Source: an uncultured Clostridiaceae bacterium (GTDB taxonomy: Bacteria; Bacillota; Clostridia; Peptostreptococcales; Natronincolaceae). From it: DNA of 47,986 nucleotides. Below are positions 8,671 to 19,200 of the stretch, piece by piece. Position numbers and translations under genes: made by a program. The stretch spans positions 1 through 47,986 of the forward strand of contig CAZUTD010000001.1 in the NCBI GenBank assembly GCA_964623185.1, in the 5' to 3' direction. The notes below the pieces were generated by a model. That model saw nothing but the letters and a program-made list of their open reading frames with translations, was not told where the DNA came from and did no database searches. The first letter of the stretch is position 1. The number at the start of each line of letters is the position of its first letter.

Positions 8671-8700
8671 ATATTATCATAGAATATGGCCCAATAGCAA
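8671..8700 (-). promoter_or_regulatory. Putative extended -10 promoter with overlapping palindrome upstream of ybaK-RND
   Basis: On the minus strand: TTGCTA (8695..8700), 18-nt spacer, TGATAATAT (8671..8679). The palindrome CCATATT-N7-AATATGG (8669..8689) overlaps the -10 and the spacer. Confidence 0.4.
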
Positions 8701-8725
8701 TATATCAGTTTTTATCAAAAGTATT

Positions 8726-8774
8726 AGATAAAAAATAACACCTTCTCGATACTTATATATCTTAAAAGTGTTAT
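8726..8774 (-). terminator. Putative intrinsic terminator after the GAF-like gene
   Basis: A 9-bp stem with one bulge: ATAACAC(C)TT at 8735..8744 pairs with AAGTGTTAT at 8766..8774. On the minus strand it is followed by TTTTT. The loop is large (21 nt). Confidence 0.4.
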
Positions 8775-8802
8775 ATATTTACAATATCATATTATTATTA
8801 TT

Positions 8803-10665
8803 CTAAAAATTGTAGTCTAGAACATCTTTTAGACTATTGATGCTAGGTATTTTCTTAAAGTCTAATAAATCCAAATCATCATAACAAATGATAAAGAGAT
8901 AATTGTCGATTAAATAATGTTCATATTTTTCATACATGGACAGGTCAACATCAGCAAAGGGATGGGTTTCTACAAGCCTGTAATAAATGTTGATATTAAC
9001 ATTGAATTTATCCTTTTCCTGTATTTTTTTATTAATTGATTCATAAAATAATTGCCTCTTATCAGGTATGTACCTTTGCTTATGTTCTTCCAAAACATTC
9101 ATATGGTAAATGGTCGGACTTATATTTTTTGTAATGGTATCTATTAGGAGTATTTCTTCTTCTTGTAAATTGTTTGGAGTTTTTAGTACAAGTAAGTAGG
9201 CAAAGGGTGATTTCCACCCTTCTAAATTAAACTTTTCCGTAATAATTGGTGAAATTACTAATCCGGTGGAATCATAAAACAAATCAAGCAAATCTTTTTC
9301 TAGATAGTCCTGGTTGTTTTCTGCCGCAAAATTATAAATCATATCCCCGTCATAGGATTCTTCCCATTTTTCATTTATATTTAGTATTTCTCCAACCCCT
9401 ATATCATCAATGCTATGTTTAATTCTATATTGTTTTTCATTCTCTTTAAAAGCTATAAAGGCCTTTTCAATATCAAAGGATATATTCAAGGTCTTAAGCG
9501 TTATATCACATAACTCCTCAATTGATATACATTCATTTATATTTTCTACTAACTGATTAAAGCTGGTTAAAACATCATATTTTGCTTCTATAATTTGCTT
9601 CTGCCTCTGTGTTTCTTCAAATAAGATTGCATTTTCTAAGGCTATATATGTAAAGGAAGCCAATGACTCAATTAGTTCAAATATTGCAATATCGTAATCC
9701 TCCTGATTAACAGGTTCAGCCAAGGTTACTAACCCTAAAAGTTCGTCCTTTACGAGTAAAACAACATATTGTGCTCCTAATGAATAAAACTCCTCCCAAT
9801 TAACAAATAATTCTTTTATCAAATCAATATCCTCTTCCAGGCTTAACATTACCTTCCTATGTGAGAACTCCGCCTGGGGCCTAATTTCCAAATCTGCTAG
9901 ATGGGTTGAAAAATCATCTATATTCCTGTAGCCCAAAATTCTTAATTTATTAGATACCTTATCTACAATGCCAAAGGATGTAATTTTGCTACTTGTCATT
10001 TCACTAAAAATATCCACTGCCATACTTATCAAATTATCTAATTCTAATTCTGACAATAATGATCTGGCACTTTGGTTTATAGCAAATAAATTAAATATTT
10101 TTTGATCCAATTGTTTGTTTCTAGTCTTTAAGTCTGTAAAGTTTCTGTTATTTTCAAGTGCATTATTAAATAACCTCATCAAGCATACTGCCATAGTGTG
10201 GTCATCTTCATTAAAATCCCCCACGGCCTTCCCATCAGAGATAATAAAGCCAAACAATAAATCATCTATAATTAATGGAATAACAAGGTTCATGTCAAAT
10301 TTATCAAGGACTTCAATGGGAAAGTAATTTTCAAAGCGGTTTAATATTATACTCCCATGAAGTGTGGCAATTTTTTGAATCTTAGTCTTGTTTTTTATAC
10401 TATAATTTTGGATATTATATAATCTTTTACTTTTTAAAATAAATTCGTCGCCATCTATAATAAAAAGGGCTGATGCCTTTAGTGTTAAAATTTCGTTAGC
10501 AAATTCAAAAGCGTATTTGCTTAACTGCTCAGGAGTAAATCTTTGGGTGAAAAAATCTACTGCTTTGATCAAAGCATCATACCTGTACATCCTATTTGTA
10601 ACATACAATCCATCCAATATATTCTCTTCCCTTCTACGAAAAATGCAGTTCGTTGTCCATTGCAA
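8803..10665 (-). CDS. Hypothetical protein with three tandem GAF-like modules and no recognisable output domain
   Basis: 620-aa ORF. The pattern ...LLG.V.L.....ED....ELIESLA...ALENA recurs and resembles GAF C-terminal halves. The ORF overlaps the upstream gene by 32 nt, and the true start may be an internal TTG or ATG (about 10590..10620). Confidence 0.5.
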   Translation of the reverse strand: MQWTTNCIFRRREENILDGLYVTNRMYRYDALIKAVDFFTQRFTPEQLSKYAFEFANEILTLKASALFIIDGDEFILKSKRLYNIQNYSIKNKTKIQKIATLHGSIILNRFENYFPIEVLDKFDMNLVIPLIIDDLLFGFIISDGKAVGDFNEDDHTMAVCLMRLFNNALENNRNFTDLKTRNKQLDQKIFNLFAINQSARSLLSELELDNLISMAVDIFSEMTSSKITSFGIVDKVSNKLRILGYRNIDDFSTHLADLEIRPQAEFSHRKVMLSLEEDIDLIKELFVNWEEFYSLGAQYVVLLVKDELLGLVTLAEPVNQEDYDIAIFELIESLASFTYIALENAILFEETQRQKQIIEAKYDVLTSFNQLVENINECISIEELCDITLKTLNISFDIEKAFIAFKENEKQYRIKHSIDDIGVGEILNINEKWEESYDGDMIYNFAAENNQDYLEKDLLDLFYDSTGLVISPIITEKFNLEGWKSPFAYLLVLKTPNNLQEEEILLIDTITKNISPTIYHMNVLEEHKQRYIPDKRQLFYESINKKIQEKDKFNVNINIYYRLVETHPFADVDLSMYEKYEHYLIDNYLFIICYDDLDLLDFKKIPSINSLKDVLDYNF

Positions 10666-12313
10666 AATATGTTCCCTGTGTAACTTTACTAATCCTCTTC
10701 TGGATATTTTTTATTTCTAAAAAGGTTTGTGGATAGGCCTTTTTAAAAATATTGACCTCGCCCTCGCCTCTAGAACTCAAAACATCCATCAATGCCTTTC
10801 TTTTTTCCTCTAGGGTGGATATCTTTGCTAACAAATCATCATCAATTTTTTTATAGGCCTCATATTCCCGACCATGAACCTTTTTCTGATTCATTTTTAA
10901 TTTATTTTCATAAATTTTCATCTGTCTGCGATTTTTTTCCAATTCAATTAAGTGCTCCTTATATTGTAATAATAGTTCATCTAATTCCTTCTTTATTGCT
11001 GGTCTGTTAAAACCTTTGACATTAACAAAGGTCCTTCTTTCGGATACATTACCGATAGTGTAAACGCTTACCTTTGACTGGGCATTAAGGCTGCCACCAA
11101 TGATTTTTCCCTTGCTTGAATTCACAATTATACTTTGAGCATGTAAATCGGCATCCATGGCATAAAGCCCTATGTTAATATCCTGGCCTGCAATAACAGT
11201 ACAATCATTAATATATTTTACAAAAACATTTTTCCCAGCCTTAACCATGGCTCTACCCTTACCAGAAATCCCACCCTTGATATAAATATCTCCATGGGTA
11301 GATACTATTTCTTTAGCTGCCCCTATCCCTATATTCCCGTGTATAGAGATGTCTTTTTCCGCCTTAACACTAAAACCATCACAAACAATTCCATTAATTG
11401 TTACATAACCATTGAAAGTTATATTTCCCGTATCATAGTCCACATCACCGTCGATAATAAGATGATTTAAAATTTTTATTTTTCCATTTTCAAAAGAAAC
11501 TGCTCCGTCTATTAATGCCCTTAAAACTATTTGGCCATCCTCCATATTCTCGGAGATAGTATTGGAATCATAGCGTAGTAATTGGTCTTTTCCAGGCTTA
11601 GGTGGCAAAATTTGATCTGTTACGGTTTTTCCTGCCTCCCCTGGTGTAGCAGGCCTTTTCTCCCCGACCCAATTACCCTTCTCAACCTGTTGAATCAAAT
11701 TTAGTTCGTAGTAATCTACCTTTCCATCCTGCCTTACTACGGGTTTTCTATTGGATAAATCTATATATTTTATTTTTGCATTTTCACCATTTTTAGGCGG
11801 TATGCCCCGTGCAATGACTATATTCTCACGAGGTTTTAGGTCTCCCTTTATAACATCATAGCAGATACCATTGGTAACACCATTTTCCTTAAGTGCCTGT
11901 ATAAGCTCAACTTCCAACTTGTCTTTTGTAGCCTCAAATTCTGCATCGGTAACATTGATTCTTACTTGTGCTTCCATCTTATCTGCCGAAATAACAACCT
12001 CGATTTTGGGCCTTAATACCCCAATCTCTACAGGTTGAATCATTGTATCCCTTATTGCATCTCTTAGCATAATAAAATTAGTAACTTTAATTCTTGGATA
12101 TTTTTTTAAAATATCCCTATCAAATTTACTAATCTCATAACCGGGTTCATTAATAGATATTAGTACTTTTTCCCCACCTTGAATATAGAGAGTAAACTTG
12201 TCACAATCTAAAAACTCCTCAATACTTCCACCCTTGAGACTCAAATAACTCTCCCCCCTCATCAAAATTGGCCATAAGCCAGCAAAATAACCATTATATA
12301 ATTTATATGTCAA
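10634..12313 (-). CDS. DUF342 / FapA-family protein (beta-helical repeat core plus C-terminal coiled coil)
   Basis: 559-aa ORF. The repeat region GNITFNGYVTINGIVCDGFSVKAEKDISIHGNIG...IYIKGGISGKGRAMVKAGKNVFVKYI and the segment IEVVISADKMEAQVRI are typical of DUF342. The start is uncertain: the TTG at 12313 has no RBS, while an in-frame TTG 23 codons downstream follows GGGGGAGAG. Confidence 0.65.
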   Translation of the reverse strand: MTYKLYNGYFAGLWPILMRGESYLSLKGGSIEEFLDCDKFTLYIQGGEKVLISINEPGYEISKFDRDILKKYPRIKVTNFIMLRDAIRDTMIQPVEIGVLRPKIEVVISADKMEAQVRINVTDAEFEATKDKLEVELIQALKENGVTNGICYDVIKGDLKPRENIVIARGIPPKNGENAKIKYIDLSNRKPVVRQDGKVDYYELNLIQQVEKGNWVGEKRPATPGEAGKTVTDQILPPKPGKDQLLRYDSNTISENMEDGQIVLRALIDGAVSFENGKIKILNHLIIDGDVDYDTGNITFNGYVTINGIVCDGFSVKAEKDISIHGNIGIGAAKEIVSTHGDIYIKGGISGKGRAMVKAGKNVFVKYINDCTVIAGQDINIGLYAMDADLHAQSIIVNSSKGKIIGGSLNAQSKVSVYTIGNVSERRTFVNVKGFNRPAIKKELDELLLQYKEHLIELEKNRRQMKIYENKLKMNQKKVHGREYEAYKKIDDDLLAKISTLEEKRKALMDVLSSRGEGEVNIFKKAYPQTFLEIKNIQKRISKVTQGTYFAMDNELHFS

Positions 12314-12528
12314 TATTTTGTAAATTGTTTAGTAACTTTACTATTCGACATTATATTTATTATCCCTTCATATTTTTGGAATTTTCAATGTTATATTTCA
12401 AATTTTGTGTCCTTTTTTCGTATTTACTGCCCTTTTAAATAAACCCATTAATTGTAATGCCTTTCTTTGTTTTTTATTTGCACAAATTGTATTATAATGT
12501 AGATTAATGAGAGGTATTTTTATTATGG

Positions 12529-13125
12529 ATGGTGATAAGTATGGGATATAAATTACAAGAAATGAAAAAAATTATAACAAGTTTAGATAACAACCAGCCA
12601 CAAGCCTTAAAAATCAAATTATTGCAGGACTTGATTGAATCTGCAACCGCCTATAAGAAACAACTAATAAACCTATCTAGCCCAGCACAAGTGCAAACAA
12701 ATATAAATAGTTTGGATGTAAACCTTAGGAAGATTTCGGAAGAAAAGTTTTTATGTAAATCCGTCCAAGTTAAAAATTATTACGAAGGTGATTATTTAGA
12801 AAGATTTTCAGAAATAAGAACATCCGATTTAAAATCTTGCGACGCCTTTGAAGTACATAATAAATTTTGGCAGGCCCATGAGGTTTTTGGTGGCAATATC
12901 TTTGCATCTATTCCCCTTGCACTTATCGACCACCAACAATCCACCGCCTTACAAGGATTAAATTGGCTACCTGTCCTAGTCGACATATACGAAATTACAA
13001 ATGAATTTGATTCTAAAATTACCAGGGGCCAAATTATTAGCTCTGTTGCTAATATTTTTAACCACCATCTGCTGGTTAGGGAAGTTTATGGAGACCTTCT
13101 TATGTTATTGCATTACACCCAATAA
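12529..13125 (+). CDS. Hypothetical protein (198 aa), no recognisable domain
   Basis: Lone plus-strand ORF between two minus-strand operons. A TATAAT lies at 12493..12498 upstream. Start is uncertain between 12529 and 12541. Confidence 0.5.
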   Translation: MVISMGYKLQEMKKIITSLDNNQPQALKIKLLQDLIESATAYKKQLINLSSPAQVQTNINSLDVNLRKISEEKFLCKSVQVKNYYEGDYLERFSEIRTSDLKSCDAFEVHNKFWQAHEVFGGNIFASIPLALIDHQQSTALQGLNWLPVLVDIYEITNEFDSKITRGQIISSVANIFNHHLLVREVYGDLLMLLHYTQ

Positions 13126-13147
13126 AAATCCCGTTATTGCTTTTTCA

Positions 13148-13215
13148 AGGGGCAAATATATTGCCCCTCTATGTAATATCCCCCACCCAAATGGATGGAG
13201 GATATTTTAATTTTA
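13148..13215. terminator. Two hairpins between convergent genes (198-aa gene and cgs)
   Basis: Hairpin 1 is AGGGGCAA-ATATA-TTGCCCCT (13148..13168). Hairpin 2 is imperfect, ATATCCcCCA...TGGaGGATAT (13176..13205), and is followed by a T-rich run on the plus strand. Confidence 0.45.
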
Positions 13216-13224
13216 TTATATTTT

Positions 13225-16200
13225 TTACATAATCACTTCTACCTTATGGTCTTTCTTATCGTCAATTAAGGGAATATATTTTCCCAATATAGGCTTATCA
13301 TCCAAAATGATTTTCTTAACCATATTGTTTACTCCATCAGGATTTTTGACTGTAATATTATAAAGTGTACTTAAATACCGGTAGCTTACCTTGTACTCCT
13401 TCCAATCTTTTGGTATGCATGGATCTATTATCAATTTATCGCCCTTTTTCTTTAGGCCCAGTATATCTTTAATCCCCACCCTATACATCCATCCAGATAC
13501 ACCAGTATACCAGCTCCATCCCCCTCTTCCTATATGGGGGTTTACCGCATAGACATCTGCTGCCATAACATAGGGTTCTAATTTATAGGTTGCACATTCA
13601 AGAGGCGTCCTACTATGGTTAATGGGATTTATCAAGTTAAACAATTCCCATGCCTTGTCTCCATCGCCCAACATTGAAAACGCCTTAATAACCCAGGTTG
13701 CTGCATGGGTATATTGTCCTCCATTTTCTCTAACCCCCGGAACATATCCTTTTATATAGCCCGGGTTTTGGTCACCCTTATCAAAAGGTGGTGTGAAAAG
13801 AAGGATTAGACCTTCATTTTTCTTAATCAAGTACTCTTCTACTGCCTGCATCGCCTTAATGCTTCTCTCCTTATTTCCTCCTTGGGAGATAATGGACCAT
13901 GATTGGGCAAGCGAATCAATTTTACATTCAGTATTTGAGGCTGAACCCAAGGGAGAACCATCATCAAAGAAGGCCCGAATATACCATCCGCCATCCCAGG
14001 CATTTTTTTCAATAGCCTGGCCTATCCCTCTTGCATGGTTAACATACCGGTTTGCCCTATCCTCTTCCCCCATTTTCCTACATAATTTAGCAAAATCCAT
14101 TAATATGGAATACATAAACCAGCCTAACCATACACTCTCACCCTTGCCCTTATTCCCAACCGTATTCATACCATCATTCCAATCCCCGGACCCCATTAGA
14201 GGTATTCCATGTTGGCCAAATTTTAAACCCCTTTCGATGGAACGGAGACAATGCTCATATACGGAAGCCTTTTCTTGGGAAATTCTAGGTATCCCATATC
14301 TTTCATCTTCATCTTCTCTTAAGGGCTCCTCTTCTAAAAATCCTACCTCTTCTTCTAAAATACTATAATCCTCTGTAATTTCCAGGTATTCAACCACTGC
14401 ATAGGGCAACCATAATAAGTCATCAGAAAATCGTGTTCGTATTCCCTTGTCTCCCGCACCGGGATGCCACCAATGTTGAACATCCCCCTCCACAAATTGA
14501 TGGGCACAATTTAATAGAATCTGTTCCCGTGTTATTTCAGGACTAGGGTATACCATATTCATTGCATCTTGTAATTGGTCCCTATAGCCGTAAGCCCCTC
14601 CCGATTGATAAAATGCCGACCTTGCCCATATCCGGCAACATATGCTCTGATAAATTAACCATTGGTTTAACATTAAATTCATTGATAAATCAGGTGTCTC
14701 AACCTGGATAGTAGCAACTAATCCCAGCCAGTAATCCCTGATTTCATTTAGGGCATTTGTACAATTATCCATCTCCCTATAGTATGAAATCATTTTGTCC
14801 ACTTGGTCAAAATTTTGCCCCTGGCCAAGTAAAAACACCAATTCCTTTTCTTCCTGGCCTTGAATTTCTAAGTTAACCTGCAAGGCTACGCAGGGGTCAT
14901 ACCCGGCCCCAAAGCTATTAGAAAATTTCTCCCTTTTAAGACCAGCCGGTTTTTCCATATTCCCTTGGATACCAACAAATTCCCGTCTATCGCAGGTAAA
15001 AGAATGAATCTTTTCAGAAGTCGATACAAAGCCGATCCTACCCTTGAAGTCGGCATTATAGGGGTTACGAATTAAGATACCCCTGCCTTGCTTATCCAGG
15101 TCCGTCACAATATATTGCTGTGTTATTTCATCGCTTATTCCCATTACAGGCCTTATAAAATAAATCAAACTTAAATTCCTTTTTTCCTTGCCGGGATTTT
15201 TTAGTTTTAATAAGTTTATCTTTATACTATCTTCCTTAGCTACATAAACTGTTAGTTGCTGGTCTATCCCATTACCCTTATGCAAAAACCTTGAATAACC
15301 TAAACCATGCCCTATTGTATAGGTGGCTTTACTCCTAATAGGTTGACCAGTTGGGGACCAGGTCTCGCCTGTGTCCTCGTCCCTGATATAAATGATTTCT
15401 CCGGAGGGGTCGCCCACATAATCATTTGACCAGGGTGTTAGCCTGTTTTCCCTACTATTTTCTGCCCAGGTAAAACTGGAACCCCTTTCCGAAATAATAA
15501 AACCGAATTCTTTATTCGCAACAACATTAATCCAGGGTGCCGGGGTAGAAATATCATCCTTTAATTGAATAATATATTCCTTCCCATCTTTGCTAAATCC
15601 CCCGTAACCATTGTCATACTCAAGTTCTAAAACATCTTCCTTAATGCTATATTGTTTGCCAGCCTTGTCAAAAATTTTGTCCTCAAACAAATCTTCCTCT
15701 TTCATTTCAATTTGCTTGCTCAAAAATCCTTCCTCGGCCCTGACAACAAGCCTTGCAACCGTATATAAGAGATTTTTATCTTCTAATGGCATATTACTAA
15801 CATTTTTAATAAAAATTCCACCCGGTTGATCCATAATATGTTTTCCCTGGCCTGATGAAACTACATCCTGTATCAGATGGTGTAAGGGTTGGAAATAATT
15901 GCTTGCATCCTCATTTAAAATAAGCAAATCTACGGACAAGCCCCTTAACCGCCAATATTCATGGGCTTTTATAAATTGTTTTACAACACCTATATCCTCA
16001 GTGTTCTTTATACTTATTAAGACTATTGGCAAATCTCCGGATATCCCATATGCCCAGAGACCTGATTGGGACTTATTATTTGCCTTTAGTATATCTTCAT
16101 ATTTCCTTCTTAGGGGGTTTAAATAAATTATCTGTGCAATCATGTCCTGATAAAGTTTTAATTCACTTGGCTTTATATCCAAGTAGTTAATTTCCACCTG

Positions 16201-19200
16201 ACTTCTGGTAATAGCCAATTGAAAAGCCCTGTCTATAGCACTGCTGTCACCATATTTTTTAACAAGGGAAATTACCTTTTCCTTCGTTTTTTCAATCCCT
16301 ATTGTAAAATAGACAATTACTGATTGTCCGGGCGATACTTTCATTGTCTTTTTCAAGCTCATAATTGGATCCAATACAATTCCCACACTTCCGCCTAAGG
16401 GTTTTGTTAGGGCAACCGCATTACTAATATCCCTGCCCCTACCAATAAAAGCCTCCCTATTGCTTTCATATTGCAATCCACCCATCGTTTCACCCTCAAC
16501 AGCCACCCTATGAAAAATCCATTTAGCTTCCTTGCCATTTTCCCTGGATCTTCTGGAAGCGATAAGGGCATTTTCCTCTGGCAAGACCTCAGTCCTTACA
16601 AAAAGATTGCTAAAAGCAGGATGGGCTAAATCTGCATTTTGATGAGTGAGCACTATTTCAAAATAACTAGTAACTTCTATATTTGCTAATTCCTCCCCAT
16701 GATTAGTCAATCTTATCTTTCTGATTTCCACATTATCTTCAGGCGATACAACAATTTCTGTGTGTGTATCAATATCCTCATCCTTGCGAAAAAACTCCGC
16801 CTTATCCTGCGAAAAATTAACCCTATAGCTATCTGCTTGCTGATAAAAAGGTGCTACCCCGGTTGACCATATCCTGTTTTTATTAAGATGGTTAATAAAG
16901 ATATAAATCCCGTCTTTGCCTGTTATTGCATCTTGTCGCCATCTGCTAATTTGAATATCCCGGATTTTACTATAACCGGTTCCCCAATTAGTTAGCATGA
17001 GCGAGTAGTTTCCATTTGATAAAAGATGACATTGAGCTAGGGGTCCCTCCCATCCACCATATGTTCTTACCACTTTTTCAGTTTCAAACTTTTCCTTTGC
17101 CTTTCCCGACGAACATATCCCTTCCTTATATTGTTTTGTAATAATTATTCTTGTAGGGATTCTTTCTTGTAACAAGGTTTCACCTGCCCGTATTACTGGG
17201 TCCTTGTGAAAACGTTTTTGCATAATATTTTTATTGAAAAAATTGTTCAGGGAAACAAAAATCATCCCCTGATGATGAGCCATGAAGCTTTTCACAATTT
17301 CAAACTTTTCCTCGCTAACCATAGCCCTTGGCATATAATCAATAGCCTCATAAAGCCCATATTGTCCCTCTGCACCTGTTTGAATGAGGGCTAGGATATT
17401 ATCCATTGCATCCCTAGGCCTAAAAGGTAGGGCTAAAAATGTGGAATAGGCCGATATGACCAAATCCTTTGATAGGCCCCTTTTCAGTCCTAAGTCTGGA
17501 ATACCAAAGGCTTTATACTGATAATTCAATGCCATGTCAAAAGAATAGTAGCCAGATTCAGAAATTCCCCATGGAATATTTTTGTTTTGACAGTATGTTT
17601 TCTGTGCTTTTATCGTGGTGGAATAAGTTTCATCCATAAGCCCATTATCATAATTTTTCATTATTAAGTAGGGCATAAAATATTCAAACATTGTACCTGT
17701 CCAGGATACAAGGCTCCTGCTACCGTCTATAAGGGTCATAGTCCTCCCTAATTTAAACCAATGTTTTTGAGGAACTTCCCTTCTAGCTATGGCTATATAA
17801 CTAGCTGTTCTTGCCTCAGAGGCTAGTAAATCATAATAAGAGTTAGTAAGCCTCTCTTCATCCATATTATAACCGATAGAGAATAGGTGTCTTTTAGGAT
17901 CATATAGGTGGATAAATTCCGTAGCCTCCACAATATCATCCATTGACTTAATTACCTTATTTATTTTACCTATTAATCCATCAATATTATTAATTTTCTG
18001 TAATAATTCCTTTTCCAGGTCCTCGTTACCTGCTTGTCTCAATTCCCCTAATATTTCTTTATAAATTATTTTTAACTCTGATAAAGATTTATCCTCTAGG
18101 TCAAGCTGATACTTATCTATTATGATGGGTTTTGTAATAAAAAAACCTTCTACTTCCCTGCAAATAATATCTGCCATATCATAAAACCTACGTTCCCATC
18201 CGCAATAGGCATCAAGATCTTTTTGTCTATTTTTAATATGGTGACTGATGTCCATTAATTGATCCACTATGGATTTTTCCTGGCATAGGCACCCATATAA
18301 ATCATCCATGATTATTCCATCATTATCCTCCAATAATATAAGGGTATCCCTTAGACCCATTAGAATTTCCTTTCCAATCAAGGGTCTCTTTAAATATTCC
18401 TTTAAACCCTCCCTAGCTGTAATAATATAGCTAATAAAATTCCCACTATCCACAGTTGAAATATAATATGGCCTTAGGATTTCTAATGTAAGGGTATCAT
18501 ACCAATTAAACAAATGCCCCTTCCATTTTTCCATCTTTCCTATAGTTGTAATTGTTTTTTCAATTCTTTTTACCATTTCACTTGTTGATAAATAGCCAAA
18601 ATCTCTTGCCGATAAAACCGATATGATATAGATTCCAATATTGGTTGGAGAGGTTCTTTGGGCAAGTAGGTCCTTGGGTATAAGCTGATAATTATCAGGG
18701 GGCAAATTATTACTTTCATCCCCAACAAAATCTTCATAATAAGCCCAAGTTTTTCTTCCAATCTTACGGAGCAGCTCTAGTTCATATTTTTGCAGTTTAT
18801 GGTCCCCTTTCCTTGTTTCCTTGCTTATATTGAAAGCAACAAAAGGACCCATACCCCATAAGAATGCAATGGGTATTGTATAGAAAAAATTATAAGGTTT
18901 CAAAGTAAATGTTGAAATTAGTAAAATTGCGGTAATGATAAAACTGCTTTGCATCCTAATGGCAAAACTCTTAAAATCATCCGTTAGATTTCTTTCTACA
19001 TCAGCAGCCGTTGTCCATTCCAAAAGATTGTCTTTTGATATAAGGATACGATATAGGGTTCTCAAAATAGCATCTGCCATCATGTAGGCCTCATAGGGCA
19101 GAAATATGAAATCTAATACTACCCTGTAAAATGCAGCCTTGACCTCTGCCACCAGGTCTCCTTTGACCCTATCATTTTGTCTCATGTAATACCTATCTTT

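Noticed and set aside
12525-12551. 8-codon mini-ORF (MDGDKYGI) overlapping the start of the 198-aa gene, considered as a possible leader peptide.
   Set aside because: It is too short and has no independent support. It is more likely just an alternative out-of-frame ATG near the real start.
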